A DNA stretch of 64,000 bases. Origin: Epiperipatus broadwayi. Lineage: Eukaryota; Animalia; Onychophora. This document shows, one piece after another, positions 23,746 to 36,715 of this stretch. The first letter of the stretch is position 1, and each line of letters opens with the position of its first letter. The stretch is from contig JAQFVV010000004.1 of NCBI GenBank assembly GCA_028023455.1, positions 2,170,001-2,234,000 of the forward strand. The letters are read 5' to 3'. The notes under the pieces are model-generated. The model searched no databases and had not been told where the DNA came from. It saw only the letters and a list, made by a program, of their open reading frames with translations. Both the position numbers and the translations under genes were made by a program.

Positions 23746-24732
23746 TAAAAATCTCAGCTTTGTAATTTGAAATAAATGTCGATCTTCATTTTAACTAGAT
23801 TTACTGAAAATAGCATGTCACATTTTTCAGATATCCAAATTAAATTAGCAGATGGTGATTTTCCTTTTTTTACTCACTAAGCATAATAGAAGTCCAATAT
23901 GGTTTGAATAAAATGAAAATCCAGTGTGAATGCAATAAGAAAAATTAATTTTATATAAGTTTTACTTCTTTTTGTTTGAACAACTCATTCCAGTTTTTTT
24001 TTAATTTAAAAGAGTTAATTTGCATAACACTTTAATTGCTGAATTTTTTTTAATCTCTTATCTAATTGCATTATCTAAAATACATTCCTTGGGAATAAAG
24101 TTTTAAATACTGTTTTTTTTTTTAAATTTTCACCCATGTGGGAAATCACATGGCTGTTACTGAAATGAATATTATATTATTATTTATTTCAATATAGAAT
24201 AGATATATTTGAGTAAATACAATAATATTTATATATTTCACTTAATAACTAAATAGATTTCATTATATTTAATTTACAGAACTCTGTAAATGAAATTAAG
24301 ATGGTGTATAATTTTTTTAAAAAATTGATAGTGTAATAAAATAAATGAGCTTTATGTTAACAAGATGTCCCATGACTTCATTGCACACATCTTAAAATTT
24401 ATTCAGTACAATTTATTAAATCATCTTGTTGATATAACTTCAAACAAACATGTGGATGATTTGTATGAGAATATGGATAGTTCTGGCTTTAAACCCATCT
24501 TAGTAAATATCTGGATTTTTTTCATACGTTTTTTACTGCAAATAAAAATTTAAAAAAACTATTTTTGTAAGATTTAATAAAACCCTTTCTAGAAACAATC
24601 TAAAATCATATATATATATATAAAGTATGAGAACTACAGCTTAATGCTTATAGGAATATATTATGTTAACAATTAATAGTGGCCATATATTATAATCACA
24701 ATTTAATTTTCACAGTCAATACATAGACTATC

Positions 24733-25349
24733 TGTTATCTCAACTTGCCTTCGACTAATGGACTAGTCCAGATTCCATCTTGTTTCAATCAGATTGAGCA
24801 GTCATTGTGACATATCAAAAAGCATATAAATAGATAACATATATTCAATAAGAGAAACATGCCAATAGGTGATAATGTTCAGTGAATCCAATTGTTTTTA
24901 TTATAGAAAGTGATCTGGCTATAAATAGTCAATTCAATTGGAAGTAAAAAGGGGAGACAACAACAATTTACTGTCAAACATGAATGACAGTATGCATGTT
25001 GTCCATTATACAATTACATAAGTGAGGCATGTTCATGTTAGAACTGGAAGCTGCTAGAACCTAGATCAGACATGAGGCAAGGTGTCATGGTACAGTTGGA
25101 AGTGTCATCATACCTACACATGAGGCAAGCTACTATGGAACAGATGGAAATGAAAAGTAAGATTAAAAGAGTATTTGAAATCCTTTACATTAAGTTGCAT
25201 GGCAACTAAATGCTATACAAAGGCAACTGTAACAGGCAAAGCTATAATATTATATATATTGTAAATATGCATGGGAATATTTTAATTAATAAATTATAAA
25301 CATATTTATACTAGTTTCTGTTATCATAAATCATGCATTAAACACAACA
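24733..25349 (+). mobile_element. LTR-like segment (tentative)
   Basis: Begins TGTTA, ends CAACA followed by TGG. CTATAAATAG at 24919. Three internal repeats of about 49 bp (TGAGGCA at 25023, 25073, 25121). No TSD or partner LTR. Confidence 0.3.
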
Positions 25350-28269
25350 TGGACATTTGATTGTTCCATATATAATAGGTTTTGACATCTTGTTAAGAAT
25401 AGTTAATGTTTCTTCATTGACCCCTATTGCATGGTTAATTAAGTTAACTATAAGCTGTCTATATCAAATATCTTGTAATACATTCGATTAAATGTAAGAA
25501 TAAAACAATTTTGTATTAAAGATTTGTAAATATTTATATAAATTAATAGTCATTATATAATTCTTTCTCTAATGCTTCCACTAAATAACTATTAAAAAAA
25601 TAAATTTGTATCCTGTATTTACATATATATACAAATTTTAATTTTAAAGTATTTTGAAAGTCATTCAGGAAGCTTTTCATTTCATCATGCCATTTAGTGC
25701 TTGAATAAAAAACAAAATTACTTTTTTACACTATTATTAAAATTAACTTTAGGCATAACTAAATTAACAAAAAAAACATTAACTAGTGCTCCTGCTAGTT
25801 TCTGATAAGAGTCAATTTTAGAACTGTGGCGCATTGCACTATTGGAATCTATTTTAATTGCAGACTTTTAAAAAATAAAAATATTGGTGCTTTTTTTTTT
25901 TTTAAAATAAAAAAACTGCAAATTATAAATGAATCTACAAAATTAATACTGGTAGAATAAATATTAATAAAAACACATTCTGAATCATATATATATAACT
26001 TAAATATTTTCAATATGCCCTCCAATCACCAGCTCAAATTTGTTGACAAAATTATGTGCTAATATTTGAAACAGCAATTCAGTTAGATGTTTTTCGTTGT
26101 TGTTTTTTTAAAAGAAGATTAACAGTCGTTAATTACCAACTTAATGGTTGCTATGAAATTTTATATATAAAATTATAGTCCACATACTTTTTTTCTTTAC
26201 AAATTTTGCTTTTCTAATAAACTAAATTTTCTACATCCATATACATATATATCATCCTTCAATTTTATTTAATACTTTGACTATCTCATACAGACATTTT
26301 CAGTGTCTGTTTTCATTTATGTTTTTATACAGTTTTTTTTATTTCATTTTACCAAGATAAAATAATGTAAAAAAAAAACAAAAAAACTGTGTGAATGTAT
26401 AATTAATAATGGAACTTGAAAATGACCATAAAATATGGGCGAAATATAAATGAAATTATAAGATAATATATATATATAGGTGTAGAAAAATTTCACTGAT
26501 AGAATAAATAAGACTTCTAAAACAAATAAGTATAAGGATTGTAATTTTATTTATTGTAATTAATAAGCCAATTGTAAAAAAAAAAAGACATTTATTTATT
26601 TAAAGAATTTATAATCTTTTATTTTTTAAAAAACAATTATCTAATTAGAGTATTTATTGTTATGAACTGTATTATTTATATAGCTTATACTTCTTATGCA
26701 ATATTATAAAGAAGGAACAAACTCTTATCATGTGATTTTACGAATTTATATGCACTCTCTCATGAGCATTGGTTTAAAAAGTTTATGTGTACCCTACTGC
26801 TTAGAGCTTATTTATATATAAACCAATATTTGATCACCATGCTGAAATGAGGGCATTAATTTATTGCATGTCTGAGATATAAGTTATTAATTGAACTGTA
26901 CCAGCCTATTCATTTTAATAATATTTATTGCTTTAAATTGTGCTTTTCTAGTTTATTATTTTAAAAATTTCTAATTTTATTTGATGGATAACTAATTTTT
27001 TTTTTAATCAATGCCAAATTTAACAACTTTTTGATAAAATTGGAACAAAAATATGACAAAGTGGATAAATTTTTGGTTGTTAAAATATAGACATTTTATT
27101 TTCTTGACTTATGGATTTACATTGTGATGCTGAAGATGATATTGTTGTCAATGATCTACAAAATATACTTAATATTTTTAAAATAATAAAGACTTTGGTT
27201 TAGTAATTAATTTGCAAATCATTTAAGTCATTTATTAACTAGTGATAGAAAAAATTTCTTCACAATTTTAGTTTTGATAGTTATCAATTTAAGAATAAAT
27301 TCAATTTAAATATCTTCATAATTTTTTAAGTGGAAAATAGTCTTTGATGTTGAAATGCAATACTGACTACAAATCATCTTTATTGAGCAGAACAAGATAA
27401 GAGATTGATATTTCATTAAAGATATATAATTACTAAAATTAAATTGTTTGCATATTATATAGGGTTATTTATTTATGCAAATTTATTATATGAAAGAAAG
27501 ATCTTGATCTCATGTTAATGTAATATAAAAACAATTGAAAATTTTTATCAAAAGATGCTTTGCAAAATTTTAAAAATAGAATAAACAGATTATAAGATTA
27601 ATCAGTATATTATTCAATTAAATATTACTATAGAGTCCACTGTTATAAAATCATATTGTCATTGGATTAGACAAGTGATGTGAATTAGAAGACTTCCTAA
27701 AAATTATTTCTGGCAAACATAAGCATTGGATTTTTTAGAAATTATAAAGAATTCTTAAATAAAATATTTCTATTACTTTGAAAGGGCATTCAAATATCTT
27801 TTCCATCTAATAAAATTGTATAAAATAATCATTCTGTATACCTTCTTTATTATTAACATTATAAAGATTATTTCAAAAACACTTTAATGAAGTGCCTGAG
27901 AATAGAACGCCGTAAAGAGCTATAATTTGACAGTGTTGAAGATAGCATGATATAATTAAAAAAACAGGTTATTAGAAAATCATGCTGTATTTGTAATTCA
28001 ATTATTTGTTTCCATAGTTACATGAATCTCATCACTAATGTATTATTATCATTGTTCATGAAGTGGTCAAACACATTTTCAATTTTGGATGAGTAGATGA
28101 TAACTATAATATAAAATAAAAACAATATGTAAGTACAGATAATTGAATAGGTTGGTAATGTACGTATTATAACAGGTGTTTTTTACTTCTGGGTTTGAAT
28201 TATAATTTACATTTCTAATTAAATTGAGAATTTTTGTTAGAGATCATTTATTACCTCATTAAATTAATA

Positions 28270-28615
28270 ATAATCAAATGACTTTGCTGCTCAAGAGTTA
28301 AGCCAATAAACATCACATGACTACTTCCTCTTATGCTCAAGAGTTCATAAGAAGTTTGAGTGCTTTAAGTGCCAAAACTGGAATCAATCCAAGGATTTAT
28401 TTTCCAGAGCCTGACAAGAGCAGCACTGGAATTGACTGAATGAGTTTATATTACAGAGATTGACAAAGTGCCAAAACTGGAATTGATCCAAGAATTTTAT
28501 GTTTGAAAATCTAACAAATTTTAGAACTGGAATCAATCCAAGAATTTTATGTTCCAGAGTCTGACAAGAGCCAGAACAGGAATCAATCCATGGATCTTAC
28601 ACAACAGAGCCTGCA
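28270..28615 (+). repeat. five 48-51 bp tandem units; decayed coding repeat, possibly L1-type ORF1 N-terminus
   Basis: Anchor AC(T/A)GGAAT at about 28377, 28425, 28476, 28526, 28576. Translates SYAQEFIR...KTGINPRIYFPEPDKS. Confidence 0.6.
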
Positions 28616-28639
28616 AATCTTATTTGTAGTTTAGTAAGA

Positions 28640-30965
28640 CTTTTCATTCTGTTTTTCCTTTGAGTATTTTTATTCATCATTTTTATCAGAATAGTTTTTA
28701 AATGATTTATCCATTTTATTTTTCTCTACTTCTTCTAAATTCTCTTGAAATGTTCTTACTTTATTAACTGCTTTAATAACTTTTTCTGTGCTGATAACCA
28801 TTTTTTTTTCAGATGATTTCCATCCATGAAAAGATGATTTGTTTGAATTGATTGTAGCCTTTTCTAAGTAAAGAGCTTGATTTAATTTTGTTATTAATAG
28901 TTTTATTAGTAACATTTGTGTGTTAATATTTAAACTCTGGGTTCCTTAATATCATGTGCTGCCATACTTGACATTTCTCTTCTTTGTAGTTTAGTAGCAT
29001 TTTAAAAATTTTTAAATTTTTGTTAGGTTTTGGCATTATAAGGTATATCTGAAGGACATTCTAAAAAAGTGCAAGATCAATTGTTTCCATGTGTTAGAGA
29101 ATAGAATATTTTGGAGAGCTACAATTAGACATGGCGTTGACATATTTAAAAAAAAGTTTTCAGTTGAGGAAAGTAAAAGACAACTTTGTAAAATAATGAT
29201 TGAATAGAAGTGAATAGAAAAATAAACCAACATGTCCTTTATATAATGCATTTATGGTTCATAGATTGTTTTATATAGTCATTGCAAAACTCATTTTTAG
29301 AGTAGTTTTTTCTGATTCTCTTTCTTTGTCTCTCTACTTTCCTTTTTTTTCATTGGGAATTGTTTGTAGAGGGGTAAATGATATGGTTGATAGGCATGGT
29401 GCAATTGTTTTCATGATATTTACTGAAGTTTTAATATGGTGTGTTGATTCTGTGCTTTATTTTAATGTAGTCCATCTCATAAAGAGATTAAGAATTTGTT
29501 CTCTAGTCTGGCATTCTTGTTGCATTGGGGCTAGTAGCAAGTTGACTAGATTCTGAATGTGAGGTTTAGTGTGCATACACAATGGGGATAAATTAATCAT
29601 TTGTTCTCATGTGAATGTGGAAATCAGTGACATGAAGTGTACATCTGGGGTAGGATAAAGGATAGTTTGGAAGTTGTTGGCCATCAGGATGACTGTTGTT
29701 GTAGGTCCCAGCTGAGGTATGTCTAGATTCTAATTGGGGGTTGGTTGTTGCAGATTTGTTTTTGGGATAGTTGTTGATGAAGATGGGGATGGTAGGTTAA
29801 AGAACTTGAGTTACAAATTGACCCCTCTCTCCATAGCCATAGCATTTAGGGTTTAGACCATGAATGTATAAATATAAAGTTACCCTTTGTTTGAGAATTT
29901 GGATAAGGATATTATTCAGATCAATCTCTAGATGCAGTTGAATTTTGAATCGGTAATTGCTACCTGGAATAGGTACAAGGGTATCTTTGAAAATAATTGA
30001 TTGAGAAAAGGTGACTTTGACAAAAGGCTGTATTATTCATTGTAAATCTTTTGTGGTGTACTTGAAATAAGTAATCTTCAACATTCCAGTGATGCAGTTG
30101 TTCTGATTTGGATTTACTGTTATCAATGCATAGTTTCAAAATGTTTTGATTCTGATAATCATAGCTTGATGAGCAATGATATTCTTTCCTGGTGTCACTT
30201 TTGCGTGTAGAAATGCATGTTTGTCTGTATCATTATTTACATATTTTTTTGATTAAATTATTTTGAGTGAATTAAGAGCAATATTTTTGTACTATTACAT
30301 ATCCTCAAGCCTAGATACTTCAATCTATAATTTAGAATTATAGACACATTGGAAATTAAAGTAATTTGAAATTTAATTTCAAAGATTTGTTTCAATTTCC
30401 TCAGTTGGCTAGTTTTAATTCTAGATGCTTTTTATTACTTGCTCAAATATTCAGATATTGATTTTTAATATTATTTTCACTCAAAGGTAGCTTAACTTTT
30501 CACATGTTATTCATCCAATAAGAAATTTTATTTGTCTTTGGAGCAGAAGCTCGTTGTTGCCAAACATGATTATCATTTAGATCCATTATTAATGCCATTA
30601 TTAGTGACTGTTAACATTTTTATTTGTTATTTCTTTACTTTAACATAAATTTTCATTTATTACTTGCATATATTTTATCCAATCATATTTCTCATGTATT
30701 TTTGTAGGCTGTGGAAGTTACATCACACTTAACAAGATTAGTTGCCATGTATGTGCTTTATAATTCAACATACATATTTATAGTCTGATTAAGTTGGGGT
30801 TTAAATGTATATCACAATTAATGGTTTATCAATTATTGATATAGTGATTAATAAAGAACATTATTATCATGGGTCATGGATTTGAATTAGGCCACATGGT
30901 GTGTAATTGGTATTGAAGTGAGATGAATCGTATGGTGTGTAATTGGTATTGAAGTGAGATGGATA
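28640..30965 (-). mobile_element. L1/Tx1-like LINE derivative: ORF1 joined to the ORF2 C-terminal zinc module, APE/RT absent
   Basis: Decayed knuckle CYGYGERGQF at about 29850, basic KKRKVERQRE at about 29340, METID..FLECP (zf-RVT-like) at about 29050-29085. 36-bp-period duplication at the 5' end (30896-30961). Confidence 0.6.
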
Positions 30966-31210
30966 ATATCTTAAATTCCTTATCTTTCTATTATTTAGGG
31001 ATTAGGCTAAGATAGGCCTATGATTTTTTTTAAAGAGTCAATGATTTATCAAAATATCACATGACCACCTCTTCTTATGCTTGTGTATAACTGTTGTTAA
31101 AACAGGAAAAACTCACTATATATATTACCACACACAGCAAGCTAGAGTAACTAATGGAAACCAGAAGGTTTGTGCATAAAATCCCCATCTAATGCCTACT
31201 CATCCAATAT

Positions 31211-31250
31211 CCCCAGACTAGTTTCTGGCTTATGGCCTTCATCAGTGAGG
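31211..31250 (-). ncRNA. minimal type-I hammerhead motif F2, core intact
   Basis: CCUCA-CUGAUGA-A-GGC/cauaa/GCC-A-GAAAC-ua-GUC^UGGGG; palindromic helix III ACUAGU. Confidence 0.85.
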
Positions 31251-31310
31251 AGCCTTGGATCTGAGAGCACTGCATCTAGATCTTAAGATCTAATGCTCAG
31301 GTCCAAGGCT

Positions 31311-31350
31311 CCTCACTGACAAAGGCCATAAGACAGAAACTAGTCTGGGG
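31311..31350 (+). ncRNA. hammerhead motif F2 with mutated core (CUGACAA)
   Basis: Inverted partner of 31211-31250. Confidence 0.7.
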
Positions 31351-31879
31351 ATATTGGATGAGTAGGCACTAGATGGGGATTTTATGCACAAGCCTTCTGG
31401 CATCCATTGATTACTCTAGCTTGCTGTGTGTGGCAATATATATAGCAAGTTTTACCTGATTTATCAAAATCTTTATTATTAATAAGTTTTTCAATCATGT
31501 CCAAGGATTATCCAAAATCTTGATTAAATAGAAAGGCTTCTTGTTTTGCTATCCAAGTATCAACTTGCTCAATATTTTTATAAAATAAATACAAATTCAT
31601 GTATGATTTATAAAGAATTTTTTTGTTTTTCTTATAACTTAAGTAAGGCAGCTTTTTCACTGGTAAGGGTTATCGCTTTATCTTTTACTTTGTGGGATAC
31701 ATAATGATAACTATACAATAATCTTTGATATGCTTCCTTTGTTGTTAGAAAGCTGTCTCATCTTGCATCAGAGTCTTTTACTTTTTCCTTACTTAATCTA
31801 ATTTAAACATAACAATCATTTTTTATTATATGAGGTTTGCATTCATGCTTTGTAAATTAGTATTTTATGTTAAATTGGT

Positions 31880-34150
31880 TAAGAATTTGTTAATTTTCCC
31901 CATTGTATGGTTTTATAATTCGAGCATTATGTTTCATTGATACCATTGCCTTTATCTATACAATATGCATTTGGACTAGTGCATTTGATGATGGTCAAGG
32001 GTCCTTCATACATATCACAGAGTTTGTGAAAAATAACTTCTTTAGGATTGCTTATATGGTGTTTTAATGAAGCCTTTGTCTCTAATTTCAAAATGATAGT
32101 TGTTTTTTTTAATTTGTCATGCTTTTTACTCATTCGTAGCCTTTTGTTATATACCTCCATTCGATTCTTTTCTAGATATATAGGTGTTTGGTAAGTATAG
32201 GCATGAGTTTATGAATTATATGTGAGGTATGTTTGGCTTATTTTTGATTATTTCCCCTGAAAAAAAAAGTGTTTTACTATTGCTCTGGCTTAAAATTTGT
32301 CTGTAATAATTATCACATTATATAGTACTAGGATTTAGATTGCTGGATTTATTCAACTCTCAGGAGTATTTTCACATAATATGTTCTTATTAATATACTT
32401 GGTATTATGGGGTATAAGTTATTTACGTTTGTATTTATTACTTACATAATGATATACCACAGACTTTTATGGTGCAAGATCTGGTCAGGGATGCAGCTAA
32501 GTTTCATTTTAGATAATTTGTGCATTATTTTAAATATAGGCCTGTTTAAGAGTGCTTATCCTGCACTTTATTTTGAGGCTCACTGGATTTTCTTCAGAAT
32601 CAGTTAAATGTGAAACAACTTATTGAAGTAACCAGTCTCGATTTCTAATAATAATGGTATAATTCATTACTGAGGGTATTTCTAAATATATTTTATGACA
32701 TAAGTTCTATAATGGTGATGTTCTCTTTTACATTTCTATCCTTCAATCTGATTTACCTTAATCCTAATTACTTATTACATTAAGTACAAATTCACACTTT
32801 GTGGATTTTTATTTAGCTTCAAATGATTTACTAATATCTATATATAGAAAAATTGGGATTATTCCATTTCTTGTAATTTGGTTTCCATATCCTGGTTTAA
32901 ACCTATAGGTCCATTTTCATTCTAAGCTTATTAAGCCTTTATATTTGCACAATTAATAAAGATGAATGGTTCTTCATAGATATTACACAGTTTATGGAAC
33001 CTAGTACCTTTTTGATTTTTAATATGTGGTGTTCTAATGCTTGATTTAACTCCCAATTTGAGTTTATTTATTGGTTTCTTATTCTTTGTGTCTTGTTTTG
33101 TATTAGTTTTTATTGCTATAATATAGAAGTCAATTTGATTCCATCCTTGATAATTGATTTTTTTATGAGCATAATTATAGGCTTTTGTATAAAAATTGGA
33201 GTTAACTGAATTTGTTTTTCTTTTGTTTTATCCCATTTTTTTAATCATATTTTTCTTTAAATTTTTTTATTGTTTGATCTACTGAAGTATTCCTGTTTTC
33301 TAATTGATTCAATATACTAGTATGATTTTTCCAATGATATTCCAATGTTCTGTCATTGATAATCATTTTCTATTGAGTGAAATTTATTTTTTGATTATCT
33401 ACTTTAGTTTCTTGGTCATTTTCATAACAATTGATTTCTATAGGGATCTTTTTTGGATTCTTTTTGATCTTGATGAATTTTATCTTCAAAATTGTCATAT
33501 ATTTTTTTCATTTCCAGATATCTCATTTCCATTTTATTTTCTAATTTTCCTTCAATCCAACAAATCTTTTCCGACAATTAAGTTTTTTTTCTTCTAAACC
33601 CTTTCAAGTTGAGGTATCAGGTTATTAATGTCAGTCTGTATTTGGGATATTTCAACTTTCAGTTCAATTTTTAAATTATCTAATTTTTTTGATAAATCTG
33701 TTGTTACATTATCCATCATTTACTGTTGACTGCTTTTATATTTTCTCTCATTTGTTGTGGATCTGTTTTTATATCTGCTCTCATTGGTTGTTGATCTGCT
33801 TTTATATCAGGTCTTGTTTGTTATGGATGGATTGGTGAACATTTGCTTCATCATTATCATCATTTGTTTAAATGAAACATCATTAAAATTTTCTTGTTTT
33901 TCCTCTGATTTATTTGAAGGTTTATTGGATTCTGTGGATTGGGCATTTTGTACTGTGGTCCCTCCAGATATACTTAGGTTCTGTTCTATTTCAGTATCTT
34001 CTGAAATAGTATTCTCTATTTCTTCTCTATTCATTTCATTTCCTATTTCAACTTCATCTTTTTTTCAATACTTGTTTCTAATTGTAGCATTTTGATTTTT
34101 CTTCTAGTAATCATGAATTTTTCTACAATTCTATTTTAATTTTTTATACT
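31880..34150 (-). mobile_element. Gypsy LTR-retrotransposon fragments (gag-like and integrase C-terminal regions)
   Basis: FHKLCDMYEGPLTIIKCTSPNAY (ORF 31927-32160) and FHKLCNIYEEPFIFINC (32945-33000) match the integrase C-terminal Y.GPY motif. Low-complexity coiled-coil gag-like frames at 33300-34050. Confidence 0.65.
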
Positions 34151-34609
34151 ACTTCTTATTTGAACTTTTGAACTGTAATAAAGATTTCTTAGTATATTGG
34201 ACATCATGGAAATATTCATCATCACTATCACCTTTACTATTCTCATCAAAACAATTTTATGTTCAAAGGAATTTTAATTTTATTTGATCTTTTTCTTTTA
34301 CTATATAATCTCTCCATTTCAAAGCAATTTGAGCCATTACCTACCATCTATTTTATTTGGATTTTAATCCTCAGTAAGTTCTCATATTCAAGTTCAATTT
34401 GACATATCAAGAATAAATTTTATAAATAAATATATTATATATTTTATTGTTATACTATTAAAATTATAGAAGTGAATATTAATATAAAATCAGATTAACC
34501 TGCAATTGGATATATTTTACATATATAATCAAGTGTAATACTAAAATGTGATTCTAGTGTCTCATGATTGGTAGCACCATATTTAATGGAACAATATTTT
34601 ACCTGATAT

Positions 34610-36715
34610 GGAAATAGATCAGCTAAGTCATCACAGTGAATAAAAGAGTCAATCATTGATCCTTGTGACTATATACTTACAAACACTTTAATTTCATTCT
34701 TAGGAGAGGAGAGGTTAGTGATCAAATAAATAAACTATATACCTAAATTCAAGTCATCTATACCCTCTTGGTTTTCCATTAATTTCTAAGTTTCAAACTC
34801 ATGCAGAATCTGCATGATCATCTAGTTCAGAGTATATTAATATCCCTTAAAATATGGGTAGGCATAACCATGTGTAGGTGTTCAATGGTAGGTGTGGATA
34901 TATAAAAAAATATGTAAATATACCAAATATTTATAAGTATATGAGAATATATGACCAATTGAAAAGGGAATTTAGAAAATTATTATCAAGAATCTTTAAT
35001 TTAAACACTATATTTAATAACTATATTTACAGTATATTTAATTCCAATCATTATTCCAAACCCTTATCCCCTACAAAAAATAACCATTTGATGTCCATAT
35101 TAACATAAATGAAATTTATATTATGTTTATCATTGTCTCAATCATCTTTGCTTACTATAATTATTATTTGGAAATCATAATTTATTTTATTTTTATTAAT
35201 TTGATATTTTAACTTTCTATCTGTCATAGTGATGACATAGGATTCTCCTGTTATATACTGTAGTTATGATACAGACAAGAAAGAGCAATTATGAAAAATA
35301 GTTTGTCAAGTATACTGAAAACATTTAACACAAACATTACTTTAAACAAACAAAGAAAAATATATATGATGCAATTGTACAAAGGTTTGTAATAAATATG
35401 TCTTAGGTAAAGTCTTATCTTTTCCCTTTGATGATGATCAGATTTTTAAGCAACCAAGTGCTCATCATAACCTATCTTTTATTTTACTTACAATAATGGC
35501 AATAATATTTCTCTATTATGTTACGTATTAACCCTTATTTTCCTCTTTGTATCCATATTAAGGAAAACAAGTGAACAAAAACATTTATACAAAATATACA
35601 AATAAATAATATTCATGATGTCAACTTAAATTTACTTTTAAAGTTCATAAGAAAAATTGTCTTAGTAAATCATTCTGGTAATCCTCATTAATCCATTTCA
35701 GGTATAGATGGTAAATTATGAGTATTCTAGAACATCCATTAAGTCACTTATCCTTTGTCTTTTACTTTGAAGTGTGAAGTTGTCATATCCATTTCTTAAT
35801 AATAAACTTGATGTTTCATGGCATAGTTGTTAAATGCTCAGTCGATTTTCTTCCAATTCTGACAATCATAGCTTCATAAAAGATGACTTTCTTTTCTTGA
35901 TGCTGATTTTGCACTTAGCAATGCATGTTTGTATGTATCATTATTTATATTTTTTTTTTACTAAATTATTTTGAGTGAATTAAGAGCAACATTTCTTTTA
36001 CTATTAGATATCTTCAAGTCTAGATACTTCAATCTATGATTTAGAATTATAGATACTTTGGAAATTCAAATAATCCTAATTTATTTTTGAATATTTCAGT
36101 TTCAAATTCTTCAGTTGGCTAGTTTTTATTCTACATGTTTGCTCTTGCTTTCTTAATATTTAGATATTGGTTTTTAACTTTTTTTCAACTCAAAGATAGC
36201 TGGAGTTTCTATTTGAATTGCAGATGTGAATTTTCTGCTTAACTTCTTGAGAAATTTTACCTCTCTTTGGAGAAACTCATTGTTAAAAAAAATAGCAAGT
36301 TCATGATTATCATTTAGATCTATTGTTGATGTCATTATTAGTAATTGTTATATATAGTTAATGTGTTAATAACAATAAAATTTCTATTTGTTTTTCTTTA
36401 CTTTAACATGAATTTTCATTTCCTGCTTGTGTTTATTTTATCTGATCATATTTCTTATGTATTGTTGTAGTGTGTCAGAGTTACATCACACTTAACAATA
36501 TAATAAATACTAATGGTTAGTTGTCATGTATGTGTTTTATAATTTACTTGAGATACATATTATAGTCTGATTAATTTGGAGTTTAAATGTATATCACAAT
36601 TAATGGTTTGTCAATTGTAATGCTTTATTTTTATTAATATAGTGATTAATAATGAATGTTACTATCATGGGTCTTGGATTAAATTAGGCCATAAGGTGTG
36701 TAATTGGTATTGGAG
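34610..36715 (-). mobile_element. chimeric L1-like fragment: ORF1 5' part fused to the ORF2 3' end and about 1 kb of 3' sequence
   Basis: 35860-36710 is a diverged direct repeat of 30160-30930. 34610-35860 is a diverged inverted repeat of 45460-46790. Confidence 0.7.

Larger units (their letters stand above)
31056..31456. mobile_element. F2 hammerhead palindrome element, 401 bp
   Basis: Inverted arms of about 170-190 bp centred on TAGATCTT|AAGATCTA (31277-31292). 14-bp TSD TGATTTATCAAAAT at 31042-31055 and 31457-31470. Confidence 0.9.

Noticed and set aside
27050-27750. Possible Polinton/Maverick ATPase relic (VFD, IRD.YF, HVN fragments)
   Set aside because: Only 3-5 residue matches across broken frames; would need a blastx or HMM hit.
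28623-28996. 14-bp direct repeat TTTGTAGTTTAGTA as a TSD
   Set aside because: The LINE reading frame appears to run through the second copy, so it does not delimit an insertion.
29254-29556. 100-aa plus-strand ORF, and similarly 33304-33597 and 33757-34095
   Set aside because: Antisense shadows of purine-rich LINE ORF1 or Gypsy gag sequence.
30160-36710. Direct repeats 30160-30930 and 35860-36710 as the LTR pair of the Gypsy fragments between them
   Set aside because: They read as L1-type ORF1 sequence continuous with a zinc-knuckle frame, and lack TG..CA ends, PBS/PPT and a TSD.
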